Assembly (NCBI GenBank): GCA_027592025.1
Contig: JAQCIQ010000009.1
Span: 14,376 to 78,375 of the forward strand
Length of the DNA stretch: 64,000 nucleotides
Origin: Bacteroidota bacterium
Lineage (GTDB): Bacteria > Bacteroidota > Bacteroidia > Flavobacteriales > Flavobacteriaceae
Direction: 5' to 3'
The translations under genes and the position numbers were made by a program. Numbering within the stretch: position 1 is the stretch's first letter; each line of letters starts with the position of its first letter. Shown in pieces: positions 40,743-51,790 of the stretch. The notes under the pieces are model-generated. The model saw only the letters and a list, made by a program, of their open reading frames with translations, made no database searches and had not been told where the DNA came from.

Positions 40743-41303
40743 ATGTCTGCTATGAAAATTTATACAAAAACTGGTGACAAAGGTGAAACTGGGCTTTATG
40801 GCGGCAAACGTGTCCCAAAACACCACCTCAGGGTTGATGCCTACGGCACCCTCGACGAACTCAACTCGCATGTAGGATTGCTATTAGATTTGTGTGCCAA
40901 TACCGTTGAAGCACCCATCTTACTTCACATTCAAAATGATCTATTCACGTTAGGCTCAATGCTCGCATCCGAAATGAACGAACATCAAGCCTTTGAAAAA
41001 AACCTTCCTTATTTGAAAGAAAAAAGTATTACCGATTTAGAAATTCGAATCGATTTATGTAATGAAACCTTGAGTCCAATGACCCACTTTATTTTGCCTG
41101 GTGGTCATCCGACCATTTCGCATTGCCATATCTGTAGGACGGTTTGTCGAAGAGCCGAAAGAATGGTTTCCGCACTGAGTGAATCGGAAGTTGTTCCTGA
41201 AATTGCGATTAAATTTCTGAACCGCCTATCGGACTATTTGTTCACCCTTGCGAGGCTCATGCATCACAGGCTGGAAGTAGAAGAAATTAAATGGATTCCC
41301 TGA
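40743..41303 (+). CDS. ATP:cob(I)alamin adenosyltransferase, PduO type
   Basis: MKIYTKTGDKGETGLYGG...RVDAYGTLDELNS...CRRAER. The true start may be the ATG at 40752. Confidence 0.85.
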   Translation: MSAMKIYTKTGDKGETGLYGGKRVPKHHLRVDAYGTLDELNSHVGLLLDLCANTVEAPILLHIQNDLFTLGSMLASEMNEHQAFEKNLPYLKEKSITDLEIRIDLCNETLSPMTHFILPGGHPTISHCHICRTVCRRAERMVSALSESEVVPEIAIKFLNRLSDYLFTLARLMHHRLEVEEIKWIP

Positions 41304-41443
41304 TTGGATACACTACCAGCAAGACCAAGACGTATGTCATGGACTTTAACCGAAATTTAATTGACTTAAAAATTTAATTATCAGTGTTTTATGCTTGATT
41401 TTTAAAATTAACAGAAAAACGTTTTCTATGTCATTTTAAAATT

Positions 41444-41451
41444 TATTTTTG
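41444..41451 (+). promoter_or_regulatory. Candidate -7 promoter box
   Basis: TATTTTTG, 21 nt upstream of the ATG at 41473. Confidence 0.4.
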
Positions 41452-41472
41452 CAAATACTAAATACTTGAATC

Positions 41473-41694
41473 ATGTACTGGACACTAGAATTGGCCTCAT
41501 ACTTAAGTGACGCCCCTTGGCCTGCAACCAAAGATGAATTAATTGATTATTCTATCCGGACTGGAGCTCCTTTAGAAGTAGTTGAAAACTTACAATCTAT
41601 AGAAGACGAAGAAGACATTTACGAAACCATCCAAGAAATTTGGCCAGATTACCCCAGCGAAGACGACTATCTGTGGAATGAAGATGAATATTGA
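41473..41694 (+). CDS. DUF2795 domain protein
   Basis: YLSDAPWPATKDELIDYSIRTGAPLEVVENLQSI matches the DUF2795 pattern, 73 aa. Confidence 0.7.
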   Translation: MYWTLELASYLSDAPWPATKDELIDYSIRTGAPLEVVENLQSIEDEEDIYETIQEIWPDYPSEDDYLWNEDEY

Positions 41695-41701
41695 TTAATT
41701 G

Positions 41702-41729
41702 AAAAGTCTCTAACGAGACTTTTTTTTTT
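41702..41729 (+). terminator. Intrinsic terminator
   Basis: Stem AAAAGTCTC / GAGACTTTT (41702-41710 pairs with 41715-23), loop TAAC, running into a 10-T tract (41720-41729), 8 nt after the stop codon. Confidence 0.75.
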
Positions 41730-41764
41730 AACTTCATATTAAGCCCGAAAAGCCTAAACATTCT

Positions 41765-41772
41765 TATCTTTG
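41765..41772 (+). promoter_or_regulatory. Candidate -7 promoter box for secA
   Basis: TATCTTTG, 28 nt upstream of the ATG at 41801. Confidence 0.45.
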
Positions 41773-41800
41773 GCAGGCATTCCAAACAATTTCTATAGCC

Positions 41801-44800
41801 ATGAGCTTATTGAATTCCATACTTAAAGTATTCGTCGGCGACAAATCGAAACAAGACGTCAAGTCCATATTACCCATTGTCCAACAAATCAAGTCGTTAG
41901 AAGAAGAAATCAAGGCCCTATCTCATGATCAACTGAGAGGAAAAACGGAAGAATTTAAATTGCGATTGTCCGAAGCTCGAAAAGAAACGGAGGAACAAAT
42001 TGACCAACTCAAGACCCAAATTGAATCTACTGAAGACATCGACGAACGGGAATCGCTTTACGAACAAATAGATCGACTTAAAGAAGAACAATACGAGATT
42101 TCTGAATCTTGTCTGAACGCTATTTTGCCCGAAGCCTTCGCGGTGATGAAAGAAACTGCCCAGCGCTTTGTCGATAATTCGGAAATTACTGTTTCGGCGA
42201 GTCCTTATGATCGCATCCTGTCTGGCAAAAAATCATACGTCAACCTCAAGGGTGATGTCGCAACTTGGAATAACTACTGGGATGCCGCAGGGAAACCAAT
42301 TGTTTGGGACATGGTTCACTATGACGTGCAGCTCATTGGTGGTATTGCCATGCACCAGGGTAAAATCGCTGAAATGCAGACAGGAGAAGGTAAAACCTTG
42401 GTCGCTACCTTGCCTGTTTACCTCAACGCTTTGGCAGGTAATGGCGTTCACTTGGTTACGGTCAACGACTACTTGGCCAAACGCGACAGCGCTTGGATGG
42501 CTCCCTTGTTTGAGTTTCACGGCTTAAGTGTTGATTGTATCGATTATCACAAACCTAATTCTCAAGAACGCAGAAATGCCTACAATGCCGACATTACCTA
42601 TGGGACCAATAACGAATTTGGCTTTGACTATCTCAGAGATAATATGGCTCATGCTCCTGAAGATTTGGTTCAAAGACCACATCACTACGCCATAGTTGAC
42701 GAAGTTGATTCGGTTTTAGTGGATGATGCTAGAACTCCACTAATCATTTCTGGACCAGTTCCAAAAGGAGAACAACACGAGTTCAACGAACTCAAACCAA
42801 AGGTTTACAACATTGTGCAAGCTCAAAGGCAAAATTTGACTGCCGTCCTGGCCGAGGCAAAAAAACTGATCGCTAGTGGAGACACTAAAGAAGGTGGTTT
42901 CAAGCTTTTAAGGGTTTACAGAGGAATCCCAAAAAACAAGGCCCTCATTAAGTTTTTGAGTGAAGAGGGGGTTCGACAGCTGTTACAGAAAACAGAGAAC
43001 TTTTACATGCAAGACAACAATAGGGAAATGCCTAAAGTTGATGAAGAGTTGTTGTATGTTATTGACGAAAAAAACAATCAAGTTGAATTAACTGATTTGG
43101 GTGTAGATTTTCTTTCTGGAAAAGATGACCCCAATTTCTTCGTCATGCCAGAAATGGGCATTGAACTAGACAAAATTGATCAATCACAAGAGAGCCCAGA
43201 AAACAAGGCTAATCTCAAGGATAACTTGTTTAGAGATTTTTCTGTGAAGTCGGAAAGAATTCACACCCTTAACCAATTACTAAAAGCTTATGCTTTGTTT
43301 GAAAAAGACATTCAGTACGTGGTCATGGACAATAAAGTGTTGATTGTTGACGAACAAACTGGTCGAATTATGGATGGCCGACGTTACAGCGATGGATTGC
43401 ATCAGGCCATAGAAGCCAAGGAAAACGTCAAGATCGAAGCCGCTACACAGACCTTTGCGACTATCACGCTTCAAAATTATTTTAGAATGTACAACAAACT
43501 GTCAGGGATGACAGGAACAGCTGTGACAGAAGCAGGAGAATTTTGGGAAATTTACAAACTCGATGTGGTTGAAATTCCCACTAACAGACCTGTTGTTCGA
43601 AAAGACTATCACGACTTAGTATATAAGACCAAAAGAGAAAAATACAACGCCGTTATCGAAGAGGTTACTGCTCTTTCAAAGGCAGGACGCCCAATTCTTA
43701 TCGGCACAACCTCAGTGGAAATTTCGGAACTTTTGGGCAAAATGCTCGACATAAGAAAAATTCCTCACAATGTGTTGAATGCCAAATTACACAAAAAAGA
43801 GGCCGACATTGTTGCTGAAGCGGGCAAACCTGGTCAGGTGACTATTGCTACCAACATGGCGGGTCGTGGAACGGACATTAAACTGACCGAAGAAGTCAAA
43901 GCGAATGGTGGTTTGGCCATTATAGGCACAGAACGTCACGATTCAAGACGGGTAGATCGTCAGCTACGCGGTCGATCAGGGCGTCAAGGTGACCCTGGCA
44001 GTTCTCAATTTTACGTTTCTCTAGAGGACAATTTGATGAGACTCTTTGGAAGCGAGCGTATTGCAAAAATGATGGACCGCATGGGACTTCAAGAAGGTGA
44101 AGTGATTCAGCACTCCATGATCTCCAAATCGATTGAACGGGCTCAGAAAAAAGTAGAGGAAAACAATTTTGGGGTAAGAAAGCGTTTGCTCGAATACGAC
44201 GACGTGATGAACGCTCAGAGAGAAGTGGTTTACAAAAGACGACACCACGCCTTGTTTGGAGAGAGACTGAGAGTAGATATCGCCAACATGATTTACGATA
44301 CCTGTGAGCTCATAGCAGAAATCAACAAGAACGCCAACGACTTTAAAAATTTCGAATTCGAATTGATGCGTTATTTCACATTGCCTACTCCAGTAAGTGA
44401 AAGCGAGTTTGGAAACCTTACAGTTCAACAGCTTACGGCCAAAATATACAAATCTGCTTACAAGCAATATACCGATAAAATGGTGCGCAGTGCTGATATG
44501 GCTTTTCCTGTGATCAAAAAGGTTTATGAAAATCAACGCCAACAATTTAAGCGAATTGCGGTGCCTTTTACAGATGGGATCAAGTCCCTTCAAGTAGTTA
44601 CAGACTTGGAAAAGGCCTTTCAAACCAAGGGCAAGCAGCTAGTAACTGATTTTGAAAAAAACATATCTCTTGCAATTATCGATGACGCTTGGAAAACTCA
44701 TTTGAGAAAAATGGACGAACTCAAGCAGTCGGTACAATTGGCTGTACACGAACAAAAAGACCCCTTGTTGATTTACAAATTCGAATCCTTTGAATTGTTT

Positions 44801-45151
44801 AAAGAGATGCTCGAAAAAGTAAATAAAGAGGTGATTTCATTTTTGTTTAAAGGAGAAATTCCTCAGGAGACCAACCCAAACATTCAAGAAGCTCGAGTCA
44901 AGCAACGTGAGCAAATCGATACCAAGAAGGAAGAAATTCCTAATATGGATCAGCGATCTGCTCAAAATCGTGCCGCCGGCAATACCCAATCTCAGCGGAT
45001 TGTAGAAACCATTGTTCGCGATCAGCCAAAAATTGGACGAAACGAACGAGTGACCATCAAGAATGTAATAAGAGGTGAAAGTAAAACCTTAAAATTCAAA
45101 CAGGCTGAACCTCTTTTATCTACTGGAGAATGGGTTTTGGTTGACGAATAG
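41801..45151 (+). CDS. secA: Preprotein translocase ATPase SecA
   Basis: [46 protein letters not shown] and [10 protein letters not shown], 1116 aa. Confidence 0.95.
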   Translation: MSLLNSILKVFVGDKSKQDVKSILPIVQQIKSLEEEIKALSHDQLRGKTEEFKLRLSEARKETEEQIDQLKTQIESTEDIDERESLYEQIDRLKEEQYEISESCLNAILPEAFAVMKETAQRFVDNSEITVSASPYDRILSGKKSYVNLKGDVATWNNYWDAAGKPIVWDMVHYDVQLIGGIAMHQGKIAEMQTGEGKTLVATLPVYLNALAGNGVHLVTVNDYLAKRDSAWMAPLFEFHGLSVDCIDYHKPNSQERRNAYNADITYGTNNEFGFDYLRDNMAHAPEDLVQRPHHYAIVDEVDSVLVDDARTPLIISGPVPKGEQHEFNELKPKVYNIVQAQRQNLTAVLAEAKKLIASGDTKEGGFKLLRVYRGIPKNKALIKFLSEEGVRQLLQKTENFYMQDNNREMPKVDEELLYVIDEKNNQVELTDLGVDFLSGKDDPNFFVMPEMGIELDKIDQSQESPENKANLKDNLFRDFSVKSERIHTLNQLLKAYALFEKDIQYVVMDNKVLIVDEQTGRIMDGRRYSDGLHQAIEAKENVKIEAATQTFATITLQNYFRMYNKLSGMTGTAVTEAGEFWEIYKLDVVEIPTNRPVVRKDYHDLVYKTKREKYNAVIEEVTALSKAGRPILIGTTSVEISELLGKMLDIRKIPHNVLNAKLHKKEADIVAEAGKPGQVTIATNMAGRGTDIKLTEEVKANGGLAIIGTERHDSRRVDRQLRGRSGRQGDPGSSQFYVSLEDNLMRLFGSERIAKMMDRMGLQEGEVIQHSMISKSIERAQKKVEENNFGVRKRLLEYDDVMNAQREVVYKRRHHALFGERLRVDIANMIYDTCELIAEINKNANDFKNFEFELMRYFTLPTPVSESEFGNLTVQQLTAKIYKSAYKQYTDKMVRSADMAFPVIKKVYENQRQQFKRIAVPFTDGIKSLQVVTDLEKAFQTKGKQLVTDFEKNISLAIIDDAWKTHLRKMDELKQSVQLAVHEQKDPLLIYKFESFELFKEMLEKVNKEVISFLFKGEIPQETNPNIQEARVKQREQIDTKKEEIPNMDQRSAQNRAAGNTQSQRIVETIVRDQPKIGRNERVTIKNVIRGESKTLKFKQAEPLLSTGEWVLVDE

Positions 45152-45156
45152 CAGCA

Positions 45157-46164
45157 ATGTCTCAACAAACTAATATTGACAACGGTGGCCAACCTCAATT
45201 CAATGTTGAGAAGATTACCGATGGCATTCTTCGCGGCGATATTGCTGCATTGGGACGGGGAATCACCTTGGTCGAAAGTCAACAGAAAAACCACAAGCCA
45301 TTAGCCCAAAAACTGATTCAACACTGCCTTCCAGAGGGTGTGCCTTCCTTTAGAATAGGAATTACTGGAGTACCAGGTGTCGGAAAAAGCACCTTCATCG
45401 AAGCCTTTGGTCAAACCCTGCTACAACTGGGAAAACGAGTGGCTGTTTTAGCTATCGATCCGAGCAGCAGCATCAGCAAAGGCAGTATTTTGGGCGACAA
45501 AACGCGCATGGAAACCCTGGTAAAGGAGCAAGGAGTTTTTATTCGTCCTTCTGCCTCAGGTGATAATTTGGGAGGTGTGGCTCGAAAAACAAGAGAGTCC
45601 ATCATTTTATGTGAAGCCGCAGGTTTTGACACCATTCTCATCGAAACGGTTGGAGTTGGTCAAAGTGAAACAGTGGTCCACAGCATGGTCGATTTTTTCC
45701 TATTGCTTCAAATCGCAGGTGCAGGTGATCAACTGCAAGGCATAAAACGGGGAATTATTGAAATGGCAGACCTGTTGGTCATCAATAAAGTGGACGGCGA
45801 CAATATCGCCAGGGCCAATAGAACAAAAGCAGATTTGGATAATGCGCTCCAACTCTACCCCAACAAACCATCCGGATGGACCGCCTCTACAGCCTTGTGT
45901 AGCGCGATTGAAAAAACAGGGATTAAAGAAATTTGGGACATACTTCTGGACTACGCAACAAAAACCAAATCAAACGGTTATTGGAAAAAACACCGAGATG
46001 AACAGAATAAATATTGGCTTTTACAAACCATTCAGGACAGGCTACAAAGCGATTTTTTTGGAGCAGAAGGAATAGATGAAAAATTGAATGCCTTAGTGAA
46101 AGAAATGGCTGAGAACAGAATTACTCCATTCGAAGCAGCCAATTTACTCCTCAATCAATCATAG
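45157..46164 (+). CDS. meaB: Methylmalonyl-CoA mutase-associated GTPase (MeaB/ArgK)
   Basis: GITGVPGVGKSTFIE, ETVGVGQSE and INKVDG, 335 aa. Confidence 0.85.
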   Translation: MSQQTNIDNGGQPQFNVEKITDGILRGDIAALGRGITLVESQQKNHKPLAQKLIQHCLPEGVPSFRIGITGVPGVGKSTFIEAFGQTLLQLGKRVAVLAIDPSSSISKGSILGDKTRMETLVKEQGVFIRPSASGDNLGGVARKTRESIILCEAAGFDTILIETVGVGQSETVVHSMVDFFLLLQIAGAGDQLQGIKRGIIEMADLLVINKVDGDNIARANRTKADLDNALQLYPNKPSGWTASTALCSAIEKTGIKEIWDILLDYATKTKSNGYWKKHRDEQNKYWLLQTIQDRLQSDFFGAEGIDEKLNALVKEMAENRITPFEAANLLLNQS

Positions 46165-47094
46165 GTTTTTAAACCAATCTACTTGGGCCTTTACGGCCTC
46201 TAGCAAAGTAGTGTGCGGGTTGTAGTTCAACAAACGTCTCGCTTTATCAATGACAGCTTTGGTTCGATCTTGATCCCCTCTTCTCTTAGGATTGATGTCC
46301 ATTTGGATTTTTACGTTTAAAACGGCCTCTACGGCCTCTATCCCCTGCTGGGTCGAGTATTCCTTTTCTGTGCCTAGGTTTATAACTTCTCCATTGACTG
46401 TTGCTTCCTTTCCAATTACGCTTACGATACCATCTACAATATCACCAACGTATGTGAAACTTCTGAGGTGCAATTGACTGCCTTCAAAAAGCGGAAAGGC
46501 GTTCCCTTCTATTCCCGCCGCTATGAGTTTGGTAAACAATTTTTCGGGACGCTCTCGAGGTCCAATAACAGAATACAAGCGTAACGAACACGCCATGAGT
46601 TTGTTTTCACGAGACAATTGAAGAGCAAGTTGTTCGGCCGCCAGTTTTGTCACTCCATAAAAGGACGCGGGCTGGGGCGCTACACTTTCTGGACTTACTG
46701 CTTCCAACCCATAAATAGAAGAGGTGCCAATGTTGATAAACAATTTTAGATTAGGGCAAGTTTGAGCAAAATCTAAAACAGACTTGGTGGCTAGTACATT
46801 GTTCTTGAGATAGTCCTCAAAAGTAACTTGAGCAGCAATTCCTGGTTGGGCGGCGAAATGAAAAATATAGTGAAAGTCATTTGACATTTGGGACATTGAC
46901 CCTTTATCGCAAAGTTCTACTTCCAAAACCTGGACACCTTTGGCCGCAAGGTCTTTGGCATTTTGTCTTTTCAATTTGGGATCATAATAATCTGAAAAGT
47001 TGTCGACACCCACCACATGATGACCCAGAGAAGCCAGCCGTTCGGCAGTATGTGAACCAATAAATCCAGCAGCTCCTGTTATCAAAATATTCAT
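46159..47094 (-). CDS. NAD-dependent epimerase/dehydratase (extended SDR)
   Basis: MNILITGAAGFIGSH and catalytic YGVTK, 311 aa. Confidence 0.8.
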   Translation of the reverse strand: MNILITGAAGFIGSHTAERLASLGHHVVGVDNFSDYYDPKLKRQNAKDLAAKGVQVLEVELCDKGSMSQMSNDFHYIFHFAAQPGIAAQVTFEDYLKNNVLATKSVLDFAQTCPNLKLFINIGTSSIYGLEAVSPESVAPQPASFYGVTKLAAEQLALQLSRENKLMACSLRLYSVIGPRERPEKLFTKLIAAGIEGNAFPLFEGSQLHLRSFTYVGDIVDGIVSVIGKEATVNGEVINLGTEKEYSTQQGIEAVEAVLNVKIQMDINPKRRGDQDRTKAVIDKARRLLNYNPHTTLLEAVKAQVDWFKNL

Positions 47095-47098
47095 AGGG

Positions 47099-47106
47099 CA
47101 AACTTA
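47099..47106 (-). promoter_or_regulatory. Possible -7 promoter box, only 4 nt from the start codon
   Basis: Minus-strand TAAGTTTG ends 4 nt before the ATG at 47094. This could be a chance match. Confidence 0.25.
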
Positions 47107-47234
47107 GTCAATAGTAATGAATCGCAGAAAACAGAGAACAAAATAATTCCGTCGGCTCAAAGCAAGAGCAGCGGTTATTTTTGGCCTAGGATTAAAAAAA
47201 ATGACGATATTGAACCAAAGAAAAATTATACATT

Positions 47235-49571
47235 ATGTCTATTAAGAATCCGTACTCGCTTCTATTGCTCCTGAGTTTAACCTTCAACCTTACCATTGGA
47301 CAAACTGGAAAAGACAGCATCCCCGAGCTCACCAAAGAGATGACTCTATCTTCAGGAATCTTGGACACCTATTTATCGGCGGATGGAAAGTTGTTTTTCA
47401 CGGTCGATCGTGAATTACTGGATAAAGATTTATTGATGGTCACAAGGATTGCACAAATACCAGCTAATTACTCAGCCTATTCCAATGCTGGTTCTAAAAC
47501 TGCTGAGAGTGTAGTTCATTTTTCTAAAAGTGGCAACAGAATTTTATTGACTCAGATTTCCTACTCCAACATTGCCAACGACAATGACCCCATAAAAATT
47601 AGTGTAGAAGAAAATAATTTCAGCCCGATTTTGGCATCTTTTGACATCAAAAATAGCGAGGCCGATCAATTTCTTATTGACGTAACCGAGCATTTTATGG
47701 ATGATTCGCCTGGATTTAATATCATTCCAACTCGGCTAAAAGATGATTATAAAATTGGCAAAAGAGATAAAAGTAGAAGTCAAATTGACAGTGCAAGAAG
47801 TTTTCCCGAAAACACAGAAATTTTGCATACGCTAACTTTTCCCGCCACAAACGCACCACGAGGCAACAATACTGGAAGTTTGACTTTTCAAATTAATCAT
47901 TCCATCATATTGCTTCCCGAAATTCCTATGAAACCGCGCTTCGCCGATCACCGTGTGGGTTGGTTTTCCATTTCTCAAATCGATTACAGCTCTGAAGCAC
48001 TTAAATCGGATGAGATGGAACTCATCAGACGTTGGCGATTAGAACCTAAAGATGAAGCGGCCTATGCCCGCGGGGAATTGGTTGAGCCAAAAAAGCCAAT
48101 TGTATACTATCTTGATCCTGCAACACCAATCAAATGGAGGCCCTATTTCATTCAAGGCATCGAAGACTGGAACAGCGCCTTTGAGAAGGCAGGATTTAAG
48201 AACGCCATTCAAGGCAAAATTGCTCCAACTCCAGAAGAAGATCCAAATTTTAGCCCGGAAGACACTCGCTTTTCGACAGTAAGATACGTTGCTTCAACAA
48301 CACGAAATGCCGTTGGGCCATCGGTTTCAGACCCGCGAACAGGAGAAATTATTGAAAGTGATATTATTTGGTATCACAATCACTTGAGATCCTACCGCAA
48401 CCGTTATCTTCTCGAAACTGGAGCAGCCAATCCCAAAGCGAGAAGCCTCGATACTCCCGAAGAAGAAATTGGAGAAATGATGAGACGAGTGATTTCTCAT
48501 GAAATTGGGCATGCTTTGGGCTTACCTCATAACATGAAAGCCAGTTCTGCCTATCCCGTGGACTCTTTGCGCTCTGGAGATTTTACTCAAAAAATGGGAA
48601 TTGCTACTACCATTATGGACTATGCGCGTTTTAACTACATTGCTCAACCAGGAGACCAGAACATTCGTTTTGTCAGACAGTTAGGACCCTACGACGATTA
48701 TGCCATTGAGTTTGGTTACCGATATTTTCCCACCCAAACAGTCGATCAAGAAAAAGAGTGGTTGCGTTTGTTTGTGGACAATAAAAGCACTGACCCAATG
48801 TACATATACGGCAGCACAGGAAACGACCCAAATGCTCAAACGGAAAACGTAGGAGACGATCCTGTTTTGGCCAGTTCCTATGGTCTTAAAAATTTGAGAA
48901 TAGTAGCCCAAAATCTTCCCGAGTGGGTTCTTACCGATGGAGATAACTACGACGACTTGAATGAGCTTTACGATGAAATGATTGGGGTGTACTCCCGTTA
49001 CATTTATCATGTTCACTCCATTGTTGGAGGGATTTATGAAACGCTTCATAATACCAATCAAAAAGGCCTACACACCTACTCTGTTGTACCTGCGGAAGAA
49101 CAAAAGCGAGCCTTAAGGTTTTTGAATAGCGAATTGTGGAACACGCCAAAATGGCTTTTAAATAGTGATTTGATTTCTAATATCAAAGGTACTGGCAATC
49201 TAGATCGCATTGAAGACCTTCAGGCCTCAGCTCTAGGCAGACTGCTATCATCATCGAATCTTAACAAAATGCTGTCTTCTGAATACACTCTAGTAGGCAA
49301 TGGCTTATCGCCTGCGGAGCTGATGCAAATCTTATTTACGGATATTTTTGTCAACAACAAGACACCAGACGTCTTTGGACGAAATCTTCAAAAGAGTTTC
49401 GTAGAGAACGTGATTTCATTGATCAATGACAAACAACTCGGTTCTGAGATCAAAGGATTGGCTTTGTTCTATCAAAAAGAAATTCACAAGCTCAGCGCAA
49501 AAAGAGTCAAAAGTTGGGACAAAATACTTCAAGCTCATTACGACTATTGCAAGTCGCAATCAGAGGATTAG
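47235..49571 (+). CDS. Secreted zinc-dependent metalloprotease
   Basis: Signal peptide MSIKNPYSLLLLLSLTFNLTIGQ and zinc site VISHEIGHALGLPHN, 778 aa. Confidence 0.75.
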   Translation: MSIKNPYSLLLLLSLTFNLTIGQTGKDSIPELTKEMTLSSGILDTYLSADGKLFFTVDRELLDKDLLMVTRIAQIPANYSAYSNAGSKTAESVVHFSKSGNRILLTQISYSNIANDNDPIKISVEENNFSPILASFDIKNSEADQFLIDVTEHFMDDSPGFNIIPTRLKDDYKIGKRDKSRSQIDSARSFPENTEILHTLTFPATNAPRGNNTGSLTFQINHSIILLPEIPMKPRFADHRVGWFSISQIDYSSEALKSDEMELIRRWRLEPKDEAAYARGELVEPKKPIVYYLDPATPIKWRPYFIQGIEDWNSAFEKAGFKNAIQGKIAPTPEEDPNFSPEDTRFSTVRYVASTTRNAVGPSVSDPRTGEIIESDIIWYHNHLRSYRNRYLLETGAANPKARSLDTPEEEIGEMMRRVISHEIGHALGLPHNMKASSAYPVDSLRSGDFTQKMGIATTIMDYARFNYIAQPGDQNIRFVRQLGPYDDYAIEFGYRYFPTQTVDQEKEWLRLFVDNKSTDPMYIYGSTGNDPNAQTENVGDDPVLASSYGLKNLRIVAQNLPEWVLTDGDNYDDLNELYDEMIGVYSRYIYHVHSIVGGIYETLHNTNQKGLHTYSVVPAEEQKRALRFLNSELWNTPKWLLNSDLISNIKGTGNLDRIEDLQASALGRLLSSSNLNKMLSSEYTLVGNGLSPAELMQILFTDIFVNNKTPDVFGRNLQKSFVENVISLINDKQLGSEIKGLALFYQKEIHKLSAKRVKSWDKILQAHYDYCKSQSED

Positions 49572-49586
49572 AGGTGTTTTTTGAGA

Positions 49587-50150
49587 TTACTTATAAAGAC
49601 GTCCAGTCCATTTGTCGAGGACTTTGTAGAAAGTCCAGCCAGAAATAGCACCAAAAAGAAGTCCACACAGGACATCTATGGGATAATGAACACCCACATA
49701 AATTCTTGAATAAGCGACCATTATGCTCCAAAGTACCAAAGAGGTGAGTAGCCATTTGAAATGAGAACGAAGCAAAAGTCCAATCAATACCGCCGTAGCC
49801 ATTGTATTGGAGGCGTGAGCAGAGAAAAAACCATATAAACCACAGTGATCTGCTACCATCCTCATTTGATCCATGACCAATGGTTCTCTGCATGGTCTTA
49901 GGCGTTCAAATCCATACTTAAAAAGATTGGTTACTTGATCGGTTATCAAAATCATCGCAGCAGCGACCACAACGACTCGAAGCAATACGCTCCATCCCAT
50001 CTTGCTATAAATGAGGAAAAGCAGCAATGCATATAACGGAACAAAAGTAAATCTGTCTGTGACGGTCAACCAGAAACCGTCCCAGTCATTGCTTCCCAAC
50101 CCATTGAGGAATAGAAAAAGATCGTGATCCCAAGTAATGATTTGATCCAT
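49587..50150 (-). CDS. PAP2-family phosphatase
   Basis: The three PAP2 motifs: KYGFERLRP, FFSAHAS and SRIYVGVHYPIDV. Confidence 0.8.
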   Translation of the reverse strand: MDQIITWDHDLFLFLNGLGSNDWDGFWLTVTDRFTFVPLYALLLFLIYSKMGWSVLLRVVVVAAAMILITDQVTNLFKYGFERLRPCREPLVMDQMRMVADHCGLYGFFSAHASNTMATAVLIGLLLRSHFKWLLTSLVLWSIMVAYSRIYVGVHYPIDVLCGLLFGAISGWTFYKVLDKWTGRLYK

Positions 50151-50156
50151 GATATA

Positions 50157-50405
50157 CTAACTATCGTATCTGCTCATTTCTCGATCATAGAACTCTGAGG
50201 CCTCTTGAATCAACCCAGGGGTAGCTTCCTCTAAATCATCTTTTTCAGAAGTTTCAAATTCTTCTAACCATTCCACGTTATCATCTTTCAGATTGATAAC
50301 AAATCTTGGATATTGGGTATGGATGACGAAAATATCATCAGGAAAATCAGTGTTGTCCCCCAATAGGAATTTGGGCAATTCGGTGGTGTTAATCAATTCT
50401 TTCAT
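50157..50405 (-). CDS. Hypothetical small acidic protein
   Basis: 82-codon ATG-initiated ORF that fills the gap between the MATE and PAP2 genes. It overlaps the MATE 3' end by 17 nt. I recognise no family. Confidence 0.4.
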   Translation of the reverse strand: MKELINTTELPKFLLGDNTDFPDDIFVIHTQYPRFVINLKDDNVEWLEEFETSEKDDLEEATPGLIQEASEFYDREMSRYDS

Positions 50406-51789
50406 TGTTAATCCATTTTTTAGTCAAATATTGGAAACGAAGATACATCAAAACTGAAGCAGTTGTCAAACCGAACAGCAGTCCGATCCAAATGCCCACC
50501 CCTCCAAACATGTTTGGCTTACCTAAAAAGTAACAGACTGGAAAACCGATGACCCAATAAGAAATAAAGGTAATCAATGAAGGGATCTTCACGTCTTGCA
50601 TTCCCCTGAGGGCTCCTAAAACCATGACCTGCACGCTATCAGATATCTGAAAGATAGCTGCCAACAGCAAGAGAGAAGCAGCTGAAGCCACGACCTCACG
50701 AGTATCTTGGATTTGAGACAGGTCGTTGACATTGACATAGAGATTAGGTAAAGAAAACCTGAACAACATAAAAATCACCGCAAACCCAATGGCAAAAAGT
50801 AGTCCCAATAAGAAAATTGATTGCGCAACACGTCTGAGTTCAGTGAAATTGCGAAGGCCCTTCTGATTCCCTACGCGGATCATGGCCGTTACTCCAAGAC
50901 CCATAGCGAACATAAAGGTCATCGAAGCTAAGTTTAGAGCAATTTGATTGGCGGCTTGCATGTTCTTACCCAATACCCCGCTTAACCAAATTGCCGCCGT
51001 AAACAAGGCAACTTCAAAAAACATTTGAAGTGCACTTGGAAAACCTAAATTCAGAAGTTTCTTGGACATTCTTTTTTGAATATTTCTAAAGTTTAGACCA
51101 GCGAGAAAAGGAGCGGTTTTCTTGTTGCGCTTGAGGAGGACAATTAAAATAACGAGCATGGCGCCTCGAGAAATCAAAGTGCCTATGGCTGCACCAACAA
51201 TGCCCATTTGTGGAAAACCAAATTTTCCAAAAATCAACACATAGTTTAAAAGTACATTGATGATATTAGCAATAATAGTAGCATACATGGGAAACACCGT
51301 CTTGGACATCCCATCGCTGAACTGCTTAAAGGCTTGAAAAATTATCAAGGGAATCAACGAAATGGCAACCAAATCTAGGTAAGGTAGCGCTAGAGCAACA
51401 ACCTCCTCTGGCTGCTGCATCAAAGACATCAAAGGCTTACCAAGCAAAATTAATCCGAATAACACAACACTGAGCAGAGTGCACAAAAACACACCGTGTT
51501 TTAAAACCGACTGACCACTTGCAAAATTGCCCTCAGAATCGGATTCTGCTACAAGTGGAGTAATTGCCGTTGAAAATCCAATACCCAAAGACATGGCAAT
51601 AAAAAGAAAGCTGTTACCCAAAGATACTGCAGCCAATTCGGCTGTTCCCATTTGACCCACCATCACATTATCAACAAAACTGACCAAAGTATGGCCAAGC
51701 ATTCCTGTGATTACTGGGCTGGCCAACTTCCAGTTGTAACGAAATTCCTTCGTGTATTTGTGTAGTGATCCTATTATCAAAGTGCCCAA
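50389..51789 (-). CDS. MATE-family efflux transporter
   Basis: 12-TM layout with N-terminal YTKEFRYNWKLASPVITGMLGHTLVSFVDNVMVG. Apparent TTG start 1 nt after the def stop; there is no nearby in-frame ATG. Confidence 0.85.
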   Translation of the reverse strand: MGTLIIGSLHKYTKEFRYNWKLASPVITGMLGHTLVSFVDNVMVGQMGTAELAAVSLGNSFLFIAMSLGIGFSTAITPLVAESDSEGNFASGQSVLKHGVFLCTLLSVVLFGLILLGKPLMSLMQQPEEVVALALPYLDLVAISLIPLIIFQAFKQFSDGMSKTVFPMYATIIANIINVLLNYVLIFGKFGFPQMGIVGAAIGTLISRGAMLVILIVLLKRNKKTAPFLAGLNFRNIQKRMSKKLLNLGFPSALQMFFEVALFTAAIWLSGVLGKNMQAANQIALNLASMTFMFAMGLGVTAMIRVGNQKGLRNFTELRRVAQSIFLLGLLFAIGFAVIFMLFRFSLPNLYVNVNDLSQIQDTREVVASAASLLLLAAIFQISDSVQVMVLGALRGMQDVKIPSLITFISYWVIGFPVCYFLGKPNMFGGVGIWIGLLFGLTTASVLMYLRFQYLTKKWINNERID

Positions 51790-51790
51790 A

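Noticed and set aside
41304-41472. A 169-nt AT-rich intergenic region with the direct repeat AAATTTAATT (x2), considered as an sRNA, riboswitch or operator.
   Set aside because: There is no stable stem-loop or conserved riboswitch core. The repeats are short and AT-only. A promoter box at 41444 accounts for the 3' part.
44021-44623. A 200-aa antisense ORF inside secA. Other long internal ORFs are 42168-42527 (alternative same-strand frame within secA) and antisense 42233-42520, 7397-7816, 15241-15633 and 19231-19608.
   Set aside because: Each lies entirely within a strongly supported conserved gene (secA, acnA, guaB, pyrD). Their translations are low-complexity or Ser/Leu/Ile-rich with no recognisable motifs. 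They are typical shadow ORFs in the antisense or an alternative frame.
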